Of a stretch of DNA of 32,000 nucleotides, positions 19,352-28,135 are shown piece by piece; position 1 is the stretch's first letter, and every line of letters starts with the position of its first letter. Below the pieces are notes generated by a model, which did not search any database, was not told the origin of the DNA, and saw only the letters and a list, made by a program, of their open reading frames with translations. The position numbers and the translations under genes are program-made. The stretch comes from Nitrosopumilus maritimus SCM1 (GTDB lineage Archaea > Thermoproteota > Nitrososphaeria > Nitrososphaerales > Nitrosopumilaceae), in NCBI RefSeq assembly GCF_000018465.1, contig NC_010085.1, positions 630,001-662,000 of the forward strand. Direction: 5' to 3'.

Positions 19352-19729
19352 GTGCCAAGATCTAGAACAATTACTATTACTGTAAAGAAAAAAACAGGTG
19401 ATGCATTTGATGCAATTTTACAATTACCTCCTAAAATGATGCCTGATGCAAAATTTCATGATGATGGTTGGTGGTCTTTTACTGGGCCTCATGGTAAATC
19501 TAAACTGAAATTTAATGAGAATAAACCTCTTGGAATTTTAGATCATCAATATGTTGATGAAGAATCTGTATGGGATGTTCCTATGAGAGTTGTTTCAAAT
19601 GGAGATTATTCTGAAATTTTGATTACTCTGAATAAACCTGATGAATTAACTGATAAACAATTCAATAAAAGAGTAGAAGAAATTGGAGAACTAGTTAATA
19701 ACATGAAACAAATCATCGAGTCTTCTTAA
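19352..19729 (+). CDS. Conserved hypothetical protein
   Basis: 125 aa MPRSRTITITVKKKTGDAFDAILQLPPKMMPDAKFHDDGWWSFTGPHGKSKL; weak resemblance to START/SRPBCC-like domains. Confidence 0.65.
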   Translation: MPRSRTITITVKKKTGDAFDAILQLPPKMMPDAKFHDDGWWSFTGPHGKSKLKFNENKPLGILDHQYVDEESVWDVPMRVVSNGDYSEILITLNKPDELTDKQFNKRVEEIGELVNNMKQIIESS

Positions 19730-19799
19730 CTGAGCCTAGATTACGTAGAAATCATTCCTTAAGCTTAAAAACAAATTTGGATATGATGTATTGATAAAA

Positions 19800-19886
19800 A
19801 TGCCATATGAAGAAGTATATTTTCAAAGATTGGAAGAAGATGATCCTGAAGTATATGAAAAAATAAAATCTAAAAAAACTTACTAG
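19800..19886 (+). CDS. Possible 28-aa microprotein
   Basis: MPYEEVYFQRLEEDDPEVYEKIKSKKTY*; acidic, no homology evidence. Confidence 0.2.
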   Translation: MPYEEVYFQRLEEDDPEVYEKIKSKKTY

Positions 19887-20224
19887 TCTTGTTTTCCTTC
19901 TGAATCTTCATTTTGTGAACTACCAGGACCTACAACATCCTCAGGTTTTACTTTACTGTCCCAATCTCCCCTTGCACCTTTAACCAACGCAATAGCTCCT
20001 GCTCCAAGTAATCCTATCACTAGTGCAAAAAATACCGTTTGGTCCATTACCTTAAATGAACAATTAATCTCCTGAGGTGGTTTATCTTCAAAATACTCAT
20101 AACATGTTCCAAATTCATTTTCCTCAAATGTTGCAGCTTGATACTGTTCACCAAATACGCCTAACACAATAAATCCTGCAAAAGTTAGACCTATTCCAAT
20201 TAGGATAAACCTCATATCACTCAT
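19883..20224 (-). CDS. Small membrane protein, two TM helices
   Basis: FILIGIGLTFAGFIVLGVFG and TVFFALVIGLLGAGAIALV with an intervening loop containing C...C (CTYEYF...INCSF). Confidence 0.65.
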   Translation of the reverse strand: MSDMRFILIGIGLTFAGFIVLGVFGEQYQAATFEENEFGTCYEYFEDKPPQEINCSFKVMDQTVFFALVIGLLGAGAIALVKGARGDWDSKVKPEDVVGPGSSQNEDSEGKQD

Positions 20225-20278
20225 AATGTCTTTTTCTGATTCACAGTATTTACATTTTAACCCAAAAAACTGCTAGTG

Positions 20279-20740
20279 TTATTTTTCTAACAGTGTTTTT
20301 AGATTTTCAAGTGATGCTTCATAAAATGAACCCATAAACAATAAGAAGTCTGTAAATTGCTTTTCTGACATTTTTTTACTATTGATATATGATTGCCATG
20401 TTAATTCTACAAGATTTTTTGATTTTGGTTTAATTGATATTGTTGCCACATATGCCCTTAATGGTAAACCTTCAGTTGCTACATACGTAAAATATTCACC
20501 TGTCTTCCATGCTACCACATGTTCTTCTATTTGGTTTCCATCTGCAAATGTGATTAATCTTATTGCTCCTACGTCTTTTTTCTTTTTAGAAAGATAAACT
20601 GTTTTTTTTACATCGACTAACCATGTTGGCAGTCCTACAATATTGCTAACTTTTCTCCAAACTTTGTCTTTTGATGCTTTGATCTTTATTGTTTTTTTGA
20701 CTGTGCCTGTATGAAATGATTTTTTTACAGATTTAACCAT
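20279..20740 (-). CDS. SRPBCC/START-like superfamily protein
   Basis: TIKIKASKDKVWRKVSNIVGLPTWLVDVKKTVYLSKKKKDVGAIRLITFADGNQIEEHVVAW pattern. Confidence 0.7.
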   Translation of the reverse strand: MVKSVKKSFHTGTVKKTIKIKASKDKVWRKVSNIVGLPTWLVDVKKTVYLSKKKKDVGAIRLITFADGNQIEEHVVAWKTGEYFTYVATEGLPLRAYVATISIKPKSKNLVELTWQSYINSKKMSEKQFTDFLLFMGSFYEASLENLKTLLEK

Positions 20741-20812
20741 ATGGCACCCACAATCTTGTGAGTTTTAAATTTTGTACAACCATTTTTAATCCCCTTTAAC
20801 CAATATTATCAA

Positions 20813-22093
20813 ATGGTCTTTGGATGGGGCAAAAAGAAACAAGAAGAAAAAGTTGTAGAAGAGATCCCTCAGTCAAAAGATGTCTCTCTTGATGATGTTG
20901 AGAAAATTGTAGATGATCTGAAAAAACTACGCGAATCCCAAACAGTATCTGAGGTAAAACATCTTCGAAATAGTACTGCTCCTCTAATTGAGGATTTAAT
21001 CAAAATTGGAAACATGCTTGAAAAAGACACTCTGAATGTTGATGACATTGATAAACATCTTGCCGTTATTGTTGTTAGAGGAAAAAAACAGGTAATTGAT
21101 GTAATTAAGAGAGGTGTTGTCTCTCTTCCAGATGTATCTTCAATTGAAAGTGCAAAGAAACTAGATAATTCTTTGAATCAAATTTTAAAAAAAGTGGGTG
21201 ATGTTTTGGGACGTCAAACTAGAGTTATTCATATTTTTGCCAAAAAATATGCTAATCAATTAAAAGATAATTTGGAAGTTATGAATCAAAATCGTTCTAA
21301 CATTCATGATGTTCTTCAAAATTTTGAAAACACGGAATCTACTTCTAGTGAAATTATTAATGCATTAAAAAAAATTGAAACTCTAAAATCTAAAAAAATA
21401 GAAAAAGATCAAAAAATTATCAACACAAATAATGAATTAGAATCCACAAAAGAACAACTTTCCTCTTTAGAAAAAAATATTGATGAGATTAAATCCTCTG
21501 ATGAATATAAAAAATATCTTGAATCAAAAAAATCCCTTGAATTATTTGAAAATGAAAAAGCAAAAATCAAAAATGAAATCAACTCTCAGTTTACAAAGAT
21601 TTCTAGACCTCTTGGTAGATATGAGTACACATCATCTTTAGAAAAAGATCAAAAAAACATCCTCACCAAATTAGTAGAAAATCCCTTTGATGTATTGACT
21701 TCTGAAAATAAAGATTCTATAATTGTGATCTTAGAAAATGTTCGAAAAAATGTCACATCTGGTTCTATATCTGTAAAAGATGTTGAAAAGACATTATCAC
21801 AAATCACTGAAACTGTAGAAACCTTAGATGGATTCATTTCTCAAGTTTCAACATATTTTCAAAAACATCAAAAAATGTCTAATGATTTAGATTCTCTTCG
21901 ATCTGAAAAATTAACCTCATTGGAATCTGAATTTGCTAAAACATCTGATTCGAAAAATGATTTAGAACTAAAGTCTGAAACGTTTCAAGGTGAGATTGAT
22001 GAAATTGACACTAGCATACCCCAACTTGTTACTGAAATAGAGAAAAAATTGAGGTCATTTTCTAATACAAAATACACCGTTTTGATGTCCTAA
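20813..22093 (+). CDS. Large coiled-coil protein of unknown function
   Basis: 426 aa, extended heptad-rich Lys/Glu/Asn segments (KLRSEKLTSLESEF..., SLEKNIDEIKSSDEYKKYLESKKSLELFENEKAKIKNEI). Confidence 0.75.
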   Translation: MVFGWGKKKQEEKVVEEIPQSKDVSLDDVEKIVDDLKKLRESQTVSEVKHLRNSTAPLIEDLIKIGNMLEKDTLNVDDIDKHLAVIVVRGKKQVIDVIKRGVVSLPDVSSIESAKKLDNSLNQILKKVGDVLGRQTRVIHIFAKKYANQLKDNLEVMNQNRSNIHDVLQNFENTESTSSEIINALKKIETLKSKKIEKDQKIINTNNELESTKEQLSSLEKNIDEIKSSDEYKKYLESKKSLELFENEKAKIKNEINSQFTKISRPLGRYEYTSSLEKDQKNILTKLVENPFDVLTSENKDSIIVILENVRKNVTSGSISVKDVEKTLSQITETVETLDGFISQVSTYFQKHQKMSNDLDSLRSEKLTSLESEFAKTSDSKNDLELKSETFQGEIDEIDTSIPQLVTEIEKKLRSFSNTKYTVLMS

Positions 22094-22124
22094 AATTAAA
22101 TTAGTTCAAAATCTAATATCATTC

Positions 22125-22526
22125 ATGTTGTTCAAAAAGAAAAAATTTGAACGCAAAGTTATCCTTAACAAAGAAGTTCTTGATAGTATTCTCTCATATT
22201 GTCAAATGAAACATCCTAATGAAGGAATCTTAATTCTCAAAGGAAAATCAAAAAACGGTGAAATTAACATTGATGGACTAGTAATTCCTCCATTTAATTA
22301 CACTGGACCTACATTTGCAGGATTTCCACACTCTTTCTTGCCTTTTGATATGAGCTATGTTGGAATTGTGCATTCACATCCAAGTGGCTCAGCAGAACCT
22401 TCTGTTACTGATTTGCATAATTTCTTTGGATTGGTTTCTTTAATTGTCAAATCTCCGTATTCTGATGAATCTGTCTTTGCTTGGGATAGTAGTGGCAATG
22501 CTATCCCCCTCTCAATAAAACAATAA
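22125..22526 (+). CDS. JAB1/MPN/JAMM-domain metalloprotease-like protein
   Basis: NEGILILKG upstream Glu and GIVHSHPSGSAEPSVTD, matching HxHx7Sx2D. Confidence 0.88.
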   Translation: MLFKKKKFERKVILNKEVLDSILSYCQMKHPNEGILILKGKSKNGEINIDGLVIPPFNYTGPTFAGFPHSFLPFDMSYVGIVHSHPSGSAEPSVTDLHNFFGLVSLIVKSPYSDESVFAWDSSGNAIPLSIKQ

Positions 22527-22597
22527 TTCAAAATTCTAGTGGAATTTCAAAAAAACTGACAAAACTTTATAACCTTTTTGGAGGTACTTTCTATGAA

Positions 22598-22927
22598 TTG
22601 TTTAATTACAAAACATATTTGATTTTCTTATTTGCATCATTGGCTATCAGCATAGGATTGCAAATGGTATTGCCATTCCCATATGGATTGGGAGCTGCAC
22701 TTGCAATCTTTATCGCATTTCCATTAATTTTGAGAAGACGATACATGAATCGTATGAGAGGTGGTTATGGCGGTAGTGACTCTGGTGCCGGAGGCGGTGG
22801 ATTCTTTGGAATGGGTTCCCAAGGTGGCTCTGGTGGTGTACGTTATGTATGTCTTGTATGTAACAACAAACACAAAGGTGGCTCTTGTCCACGATGTGGC
22901 TCTAAAATGCAACGTGCTGACTTCTAA
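22598..22927 (+). CDS. Membrane-anchored Gly-rich protein with C-terminal zinc ribbon
   Basis: Two hydrophobic segments, GGYGGSDSGAGGGGFFGMGSQGGSGG linker, then CLVCNNKHKGGSCPRCG. Confidence 0.7.
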   Translation: MFNYKTYLIFLFASLAISIGLQMVLPFPYGLGAALAIFIAFPLILRRRYMNRMRGGYGGSDSGAGGGGFFGMGSQGGSGGVRYVCLVCNNKHKGGSCPRCGSKMQRADF

Positions 22928-22929
22928 AA

Positions 22930-23241
22930 ATGTCTCTTAATGAAATTAGTCAAAAGGTAATCTTCCATAATTCTGTTGATGTATGGATTTCTGCATGTGG
23001 TGAAAAAAACAAAGATTGGACAAATCCCGAAGATTACAAACAATTCATTGCACATTTGCTAAAAAACAATCTCAATCTTAAGGCATTCAATCTTTGTACT
23101 CATGAAGCAGGAGCTACTGAAGAAGAAAAAACAAAATTTACTGAAATCCTAGCTCAAACAAAAGAAACTGATCCAAATTCAAAAACTTACACAATCAAAT
23201 TAAATGATTCAGCAATATCCACAATTCGAAGTTATTTCTAA
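22930..23241 (+). CDS. Conserved hypothetical protein
   Basis: 103 aa ORF MSLNEISQKVIFHNSVDVWISACGEKNKDWTNPEDYKQFIAHLLK; 2 nt after the preceding stop. Confidence 0.6.
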   Translation: MSLNEISQKVIFHNSVDVWISACGEKNKDWTNPEDYKQFIAHLLKNNLNLKAFNLCTHEAGATEEEKTKFTEILAQTKETDPNSKTYTIKLNDSAISTIRSYF

Positions 23242-24609
23242 TCATCTTTTTAACTTTGGATTGACAATTGCATCAAGTGCATTTCCTATGAATACAAATG
23301 CAAGTCCTGCAATTGCAATCATTACTCCTGGAGGCATGATCCACCACCATAATCCTCTTGCAGCTGCTCCGAATGTATTTGCATCATGAAGTATATGTCC
23401 CCATGTTGGAAATGATGGGTCTCCTAATCCTAGAAAACTCAAACCTGCCTCCGTAGTTATTGCTGCTGGTACTGATATCGCAATGCTCGCAAATGCATAT
23501 GGGAGTAACTGCGGTAAGATGTGTTTGAGTACAATTTTGGAATTTTTTTGCCCCATCATGTTTGCTGCATCCACATATCCTTTGGTCTTGATTTGTAAAG
23601 ACATACTTCTTGCAACCTTTGCAATTCCTACCCATCCAAAAATCATCAAAAACCCTACTAGAACGAATATACTGTTACTAATCGTGACTGATAAAATTAT
23701 CAAAAATGGAAGTGCCGGTAATGCATAGATTACATCATTGAATCTCATCATCACCTCGTCTGTTTTTTTACCTTTGAATCCTGCATACACCCCATACAAT
23801 AATCCCATTATTACCGATGCAATGGATACCACTAAACCGATAAACAAAGCAAGTGGAGTTCCCCATAACAGTCCTATGGCAAGGTCTCGTCTTAATTCAT
23901 CTGTCCCCATCATTCCAAATGCTTTTCCACCTATGATCAATTTTGATTCATGGCTTTTAATTTCAGAATTAATAGAATATGTGTCAACTGAAAAAATATA
24001 ATTTCCTTTTAGCGGTTCATTTGTTTTGGTATTTGAAAATACAATATCTTCAGCTGATAGTCTTTCTAAATTGAAATCAAACAAGTCTGATTGCAATAAC
24101 AAATTTTTCTTTATTGTTTCATCTGTTGAAAAAATTCTTTCACTATGAACTGTTTTAGTATGTGAATAAGGTAATGATGTGGATGATAATTCTAATTTTA
24201 TTCCATCTGGTCTTGTGACTGACATTTGTAATAACACTGATTCAGAATACTCTGATGAAAAAACATAGATAAAATCATTTGGAAAAAATTCATAATCAAA
24301 ATTTATTCCAAATTTATGGGATGATAACATAATCTCTCCTTCTGAATTTGTTTGAATGTGTGGATTTTCTAGAATTTTATGTTCAGGAATTTTTTCAGTC
24401 ATGAAAATATTTATCCAAATTGGAACTGCAACTTTGGGATATGAAATCCAATTTCCTGGATTATTCCATTCTTGAAATGTTTCTACTGGAATTGCAATAA
24501 TTGCAATAATTGATGTTGTTACGAGTATGCTCAAAATTGTAATCCCTGCAATTCCTATTTTGCTTTTAAGAAACTCTTGCTTGATTTCCTGAGGTGTTAT
24601 ACTGCTCAT
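23242..24609 (-). CDS. dppC: Dipeptide/oligopeptide-type ABC transporter permease (DppC-like) with large periplasmic-side insertion
   Basis: MGTDELRRDLAIGLLWGTPLALFIGL, EAGLSFLGLGDPSFPTWG, ANMMGQKNSKIVLKHILPQLLP; 455 aa, longer than usual. Confidence 0.88.
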   Translation of the reverse strand: MSSITPQEIKQEFLKSKIGIAGITILSILVTTSIIAIIAIPVETFQEWNNPGNWISYPKVAVPIWINIFMTEKIPEHKILENPHIQTNSEGEIMLSSHKFGINFDYEFFPNDFIYVFSSEYSESVLLQMSVTRPDGIKLELSSTSLPYSHTKTVHSERIFSTDETIKKNLLLQSDLFDFNLERLSAEDIVFSNTKTNEPLKGNYIFSVDTYSINSEIKSHESKLIIGGKAFGMMGTDELRRDLAIGLLWGTPLALFIGLVVSIASVIMGLLYGVYAGFKGKKTDEVMMRFNDVIYALPALPFLIILSVTISNSIFVLVGFLMIFGWVGIAKVARSMSLQIKTKGYVDAANMMGQKNSKIVLKHILPQLLPYAFASIAISVPAAITTEAGLSFLGLGDPSFPTWGHILHDANTFGAAARGLWWWIMPPGVMIAIAGLAFVFIGNALDAIVNPKLKR

Positions 24610-25661
24610 TGCCCTGTCCTCACTCTTGGATCAAAGTACCCATAAAGCAAATCTGCAATGAATATGCTAACTAGAAAGAACACTGTTAGAATGTACGTTG
24701 CACCAATTATTACTGGTAAATCCATTACTGTAATTGCTTCAAAGTACAATCTTCCCATTCCTGGCCAGTCAAATACTGCTTCTGTGATGATTGCCCCTCC
24801 TAACGAACCTGATAAACTTAAAGCTAAAATGGTGACGATTGGTGGTGCCGCATTTTTTAATGCATGAGTATAGATTATCTTTTTTCGTTTAATGCCGATT
24901 GTTTTTTTTGCCATGATGAAATCTTCTTGCATAATTCCTACCATGAAATTTCTTACCAAATATGCCCATGAACCAAAACCAATCATTACAATTGTGATAA
25001 GTGGCAATGCCATATGATACAACAATGATCCTATGTATCCTGGATCCGATGAAGGAATGTCTGGTGTCGCTCTTGCAGGAAATATCTGGTACGTGAAGGC
25101 AAATAAAAATATCATCAACATTCCTATCCACCAAACTGGAAAACTTGAACTGATAATCGCAAAACTTGATGTGATTCTATCTATAACTGAGCCTACCTTA
25201 CTTGCTGATAATGCTCCTAAGAATATGCCAATTACTGAAATAATTATTGTGGCTGTTGTAAATAGGAGAATTGTTCTTGGTAGTTTTTCAAATATTATAT
25301 CCTTTACATCAGATGATCCTGCATCACTAGTAAGAAAAGTAGCATGACCAAAATCTAACAATAAAATCTTGTACATTGTTAGTCCTATTCTTTGAGGTGA
25401 ATACCACGGTTCATCTAGACCCATAACCTTCATTCTTTGATCAATTTGACTTTGAATGAATTTTTCAAATTCTTCCACAGATGAAAAACTCTCTGCGATT
25501 GCAGGATTTTCTGTGATTTCTGAACGAACTTGAAAAACCATTCCTTGTTTTAGTATGGTGTCCATGTTTGAACCAACTAATGAAATTGTGATTAGCAGTG
25601 TAATCATCAAAACTCCAAACATTGTTGCAGCCCTTGTTGCAACATATCTTTTCATACTCAC
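24606..25661 (-). CDS. dppB: Dipeptide/oligopeptide-type ABC transporter permease (DppB-like)
   Basis: DFIMAKKTIGIKRKKIIYTHALKNAAPPIVTILALSLSGSLGGAIITEAVFDWPGMG; 4 nt overlap with dppC. Confidence 0.9.
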   Translation of the reverse strand: MSMKRYVATRAATMFGVLMITLLITISLVGSNMDTILKQGMVFQVRSEITENPAIAESFSSVEEFEKFIQSQIDQRMKVMGLDEPWYSPQRIGLTMYKILLLDFGHATFLTSDAGSSDVKDIIFEKLPRTILLFTTATIIISVIGIFLGALSASKVGSVIDRITSSFAIISSSFPVWWIGMLMIFLFAFTYQIFPARATPDIPSSDPGYIGSLLYHMALPLITIVMIGFGSWAYLVRNFMVGIMQEDFIMAKKTIGIKRKKIIYTHALKNAAPPIVTILALSLSGSLGGAIITEAVFDWPGMGRLYFEAITVMDLPVIIGATYILTVFFLVSIFIADLLYGYFDPRVRTGQ

Positions 25662-25717
25662 TAATCACAAATATGAAAATCAGTTTATAATCATTTGAAA
25701 GTAACCGTAAAAGAATT

Positions 25718-25775
25718 TGACGAGAGTGAAACGAACTCTAGGCATAATCTGGGCAGAAAAGCAGGTCTCTCGTCA
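25718..25775. promoter_or_regulatory. Candidate structured RNA element (5' UTR element of dppBC or separate ncRNA)
   Basis: Perfect 9-bp inverted repeat TGACGAGAG (25718-25726)/CTCTCGTCA (25767-25775) enclosing 40 nt; AGAGT (25723-25727) can alternatively pair with ACTCT (25735-25739). TATA-like sequences at about 25684-25691 (+) and 25795-25802 (-). Confidence 0.4.
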
Positions 25776-25858
25776 TTATACTATCGTAAGAAAATTATTT
25801 AAGAATTTATGAAAATATTCTTCTAAAAAATTATAATTCTGTATCTTACTGGTAAAGT

Positions 25859-26167
25859 ATGGTAAAGAATGGCAAAACCAATGCTAAAAATTTGTTTGAT
25901 CCTGATGAATTAGTCTTAACAAAAACTGAAATCTTGGGATTTTGTGACCGTGTGATAAAAAAATGGAATCAAAATCCTTCAAAAAATGCTAAAAATATTC
26001 TAGCAATGAATGCTGTAAAAACTAGTGTCTTGTGGACTGATGATGAGTCCCTAAAAGCAATATGGTCTGAAATTATTGCGTGGACTTTTGAGCTTCTCTA
26101 TGAGAATGCAATGGCACAAGACGAAGAATGGGCAAACATGTTAAAAAAATTAAAGAATAAAAAATGA
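25859..26167 (+). CDS. Conserved hypothetical protein
   Basis: 102 aa ORF, 18 nt upstream of the SWIM-type ORF. Confidence 0.6.
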   Translation: MVKNGKTNAKNLFDPDELVLTKTEILGFCDRVIKKWNQNPSKNAKNILAMNAVKTSVLWTDDESLKAIWSEIIAWTFELLYENAMAQDEEWANMLKKLKNKK

Positions 26168-26185
26168 GATATTCTCTGTATAGTT

Positions 26186-26428
26186 ATGAGTGCAAACACT
26201 ATTCGCAAAGCAAAAAAATTAGTTGAAGCAGGTGGTGTTGTTAAATTAGAGGATGATCTTTTTCAAGTAAAATCATCGTCTAATCCCGAACAATCATACA
26301 TTGTAACATCTGATACTTGTGAATGTCCTGGATTCAAAAACTTCTACAAATTCCATCATGGAAAAGGACTTAAAGCAAATTGTTCTCATTTAGAAGCAAT
26401 TAGAATATTCAAAAAAGAAAATTCTTGA
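26186..26428 (+). CDS. SWIM-type zinc finger protein
   Basis: TSDTCECPGFKNFYKFHHGKGLKANCSHLEAIRIFKK fits CxC...CxH. Confidence 0.75.
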   Translation: MSANTIRKAKKLVEAGGVVKLEDDLFQVKSSSNPEQSYIVTSDTCECPGFKNFYKFHHGKGLKANCSHLEAIRIFKKENS

Positions 26429-26429
26429 A

Positions 26430-26765
26430 TTATTTTATTTTGGATGCGTCTACTTTTCCAACATATGCTTTATTCTTCGATATTATTATTGGTCTTAAAA
26501 TTAACCCTGGATATTGTACCATCAATTTGATTATTTGAGAATCTGTTTTTTTATTATTCTCTAAGTCGAGTTCTTTGTACATCTTGTCTCTCTTTCTCAA
26601 TAATTCTGATGGTTTTTTTCCAGTCATTTTTACAATTTTTTTTAATTCTGATTCGGAAAATGGCTCTTTGAAGAAATCTCGTTTTTCAATATCTGTTTTC
26701 ATCCTTTCAATTTCCGATATTGTTTTTTTACAAGTAATACAAGTGGGTTTATGATATATCTTCAA
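26430..26765 (-). CDS. ArsC/Spx-family protein (arsenate reductase-like)
   Basis: YHKPTCITCKKTISEIE...KRDFFKEPFSESELKKIVK...LILRPIIISKNKAYVGK. Confidence 0.8.
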   Translation of the reverse strand: MKIYHKPTCITCKKTISEIERMKTDIEKRDFFKEPFSESELKKIVKMTGKKPSELLRKRDKMYKELDLENNKKTDSQIIKLMVQYPGLILRPIIISKNKAYVGKVDASKIK

Positions 26766-26819
26766 TTCGTACTTTTTTCCTGAATACGGTTAAAAATTGT
26801 TTAGAAAAAATACATGCTG

Positions 26820-26987
26820 TTATGCACAGCAAATTGATTTTTTGAAGTCTTCTGAATTTCTTTCAAAACTGCATTCTTTACATACTTGCCAACTTCTTTT
26901 CTTCAAAAGCGAAAATGATGATTCATAGCAAACTGAATACATTTTTCCGCCACAACTAGGACAGGGTATTGGGATATCTATTTTCAT
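26820..26987 (-). CDS. Small zinc-ribbon protein (55 aa)
   Basis: Hand translation: MKIDIPIPCPSCGGKMYSVCYESSFSLLKKRSWQVCKECSFERNSEDFKKSICCA*; CPSC...CKEC; below ORF-track cutoff. Confidence 0.6.
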   Translation of the reverse strand: MKIDIPIPCPSCGGKMYSVCYESSFSLLKKRSWQVCKECSFERNSEDFKKSICCA

Positions 26988-27032
26988 AAGTGATTTAGGT
27001 GAATTTTGAATATAAGAAGCACGTAGAATTTA

Positions 27033-27980
27033 TCAATCGTTCTTTTCTTCAGAACTTACTTCTTCTTCTTCAGAACTTACTTCTTCTTCTTCAGAACTTA
27101 CTTCGGGATTCTCTAACTCTTTTAATTTTTGATCATTAAACTCTTCTAGTTTTTCTTTTGGAACTGACAGCATTTCAAGATATGCTTGCTGAGCTTCTTC
27201 ATATGTTCCTCCATTTGCAATAATTTGTGCTTTTACAATTTGGGCTTCTTCAAAAATATTTTTTGTAAAGTTTAGCTGGCTAACTACCATATCGCGTATT
27301 TCCGAATTTAAATTACTTACATAATATTCATAGTTCAGTCCTTCAAAAACCCCATTACTGGGCTTATATTCGTCAATTGCTTCTTCTCTAAATGCCTCTG
27401 CAATACTTCTTTGTTCTTCTACATACAATTCTTCTTCATTTGGTTGTAATGCTTCTTTATTTTCTAAAATTAATTCTTGCAATAATCCGTGATAGTATTT
27501 GAAGAGCATTTGTCCTATTGGGTCTTTCTCAAAATCTTCTTCATTTGCACTAAGGTATTTTTTTGCCTCTTCTGTGTTTAATTTTTGTTGTAATAATGAA
27601 ACGGCTGACGCATCACCTTTAACTTGAACTTGAGTGGTTTCTAATCCTGTCATTCCATACCAATTTGCAATTACATTAATTGTATACGTTCCTGGAACTC
27701 TTTCAAAGTTTTCAAACTCTGCCCTGAAAACTCCCCACGGATCAGTAAATGTTTTTGTTGTTTCAGAACCTGTTCTAACTAGTACTTCTGCACCTCGAAT
27801 TGGTTTGTATGCATGGTCTACAACTTTGCCCGAAACGACTAATGTTTCGCCTGATACTATTGCCCCTTTTTCTACATGGAGGTCTATAACGAAATCTAGT
27901 AATTCCGCCTCAGATGTTTGAATTGTGGAAAATATCATTAAAACTGAGAATATTCCTACTATTCCTGCTTTTTTGTACAC
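27033..27980 (-). CDS. Secreted/cell-surface protein with carboxypeptidase-regulatory-like (Ig-fold) domain
   Basis: Signal-like KAGIVGIFSVLMIFSTIQTSEA; SGKVVDHAYKPIRGAEVLVRTGSETTKTFTDPWGVFRAEF...PGTYTINV; acidic C-terminal tail repeats. Confidence 0.75.
   Translation of the reverse strand: MYKKAGIVGIFSVLMIFSTIQTSEAELLDFVIDLHVEKGAIVSGETLVVSGKVVDHAYKPIRGAEVLVRTGSETTKTFTDPWGVFRAEFENFERVPGTYTINVIANWYGMTGLETTQVQVKGDASAVSLLQQKLNTEEAKKYLSANEEDFEKDPIGQMLFKYYHGLLQELILENKEALQPNEEELYVEEQRSIAEAFREEAIDEYKPSNGVFEGLNYEYYVSNLNSEIRDMVVSQLNFTKNIFEEAQIVKAQIIANGGTYEEAQQAYLEMLSVPKEKLEEFNDQKLKELENPEVSSEEEEVSSEEEEVSSEEKND
27043..27104 (-). repeat. In-frame 21-bp tandem repeat, about 2.7 units
   Basis: AGAACTTACTTC recurs at 27051, 27072 and 27093, coding VSSEEEE-VSSEEEE-VSSEEKND. 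Confidence 0.9.
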
Positions 27981-28135
27981 TTGAAGTTGTGTTGATTTTT
28001 GTTGTTAAGACAAAGTATGAAGAAAAATTCGCTAATTTTCAATTTTATTTGATTAATTTTGACATTTTTCATGCTTGAAACGATTATTTGATTGCAGATT
28101 ATTCTTAAACCCCCAAAATCATCTTATCTTAAATC

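Noticed and set aside
27043-27104. Tandem repeats that might suggest CRISPR or a regulatory repeat
   Set aside because: 21-bp units are contiguous, without spacers, and encode the acidic VSSEEEE tail of the 27033-27980 protein in frame
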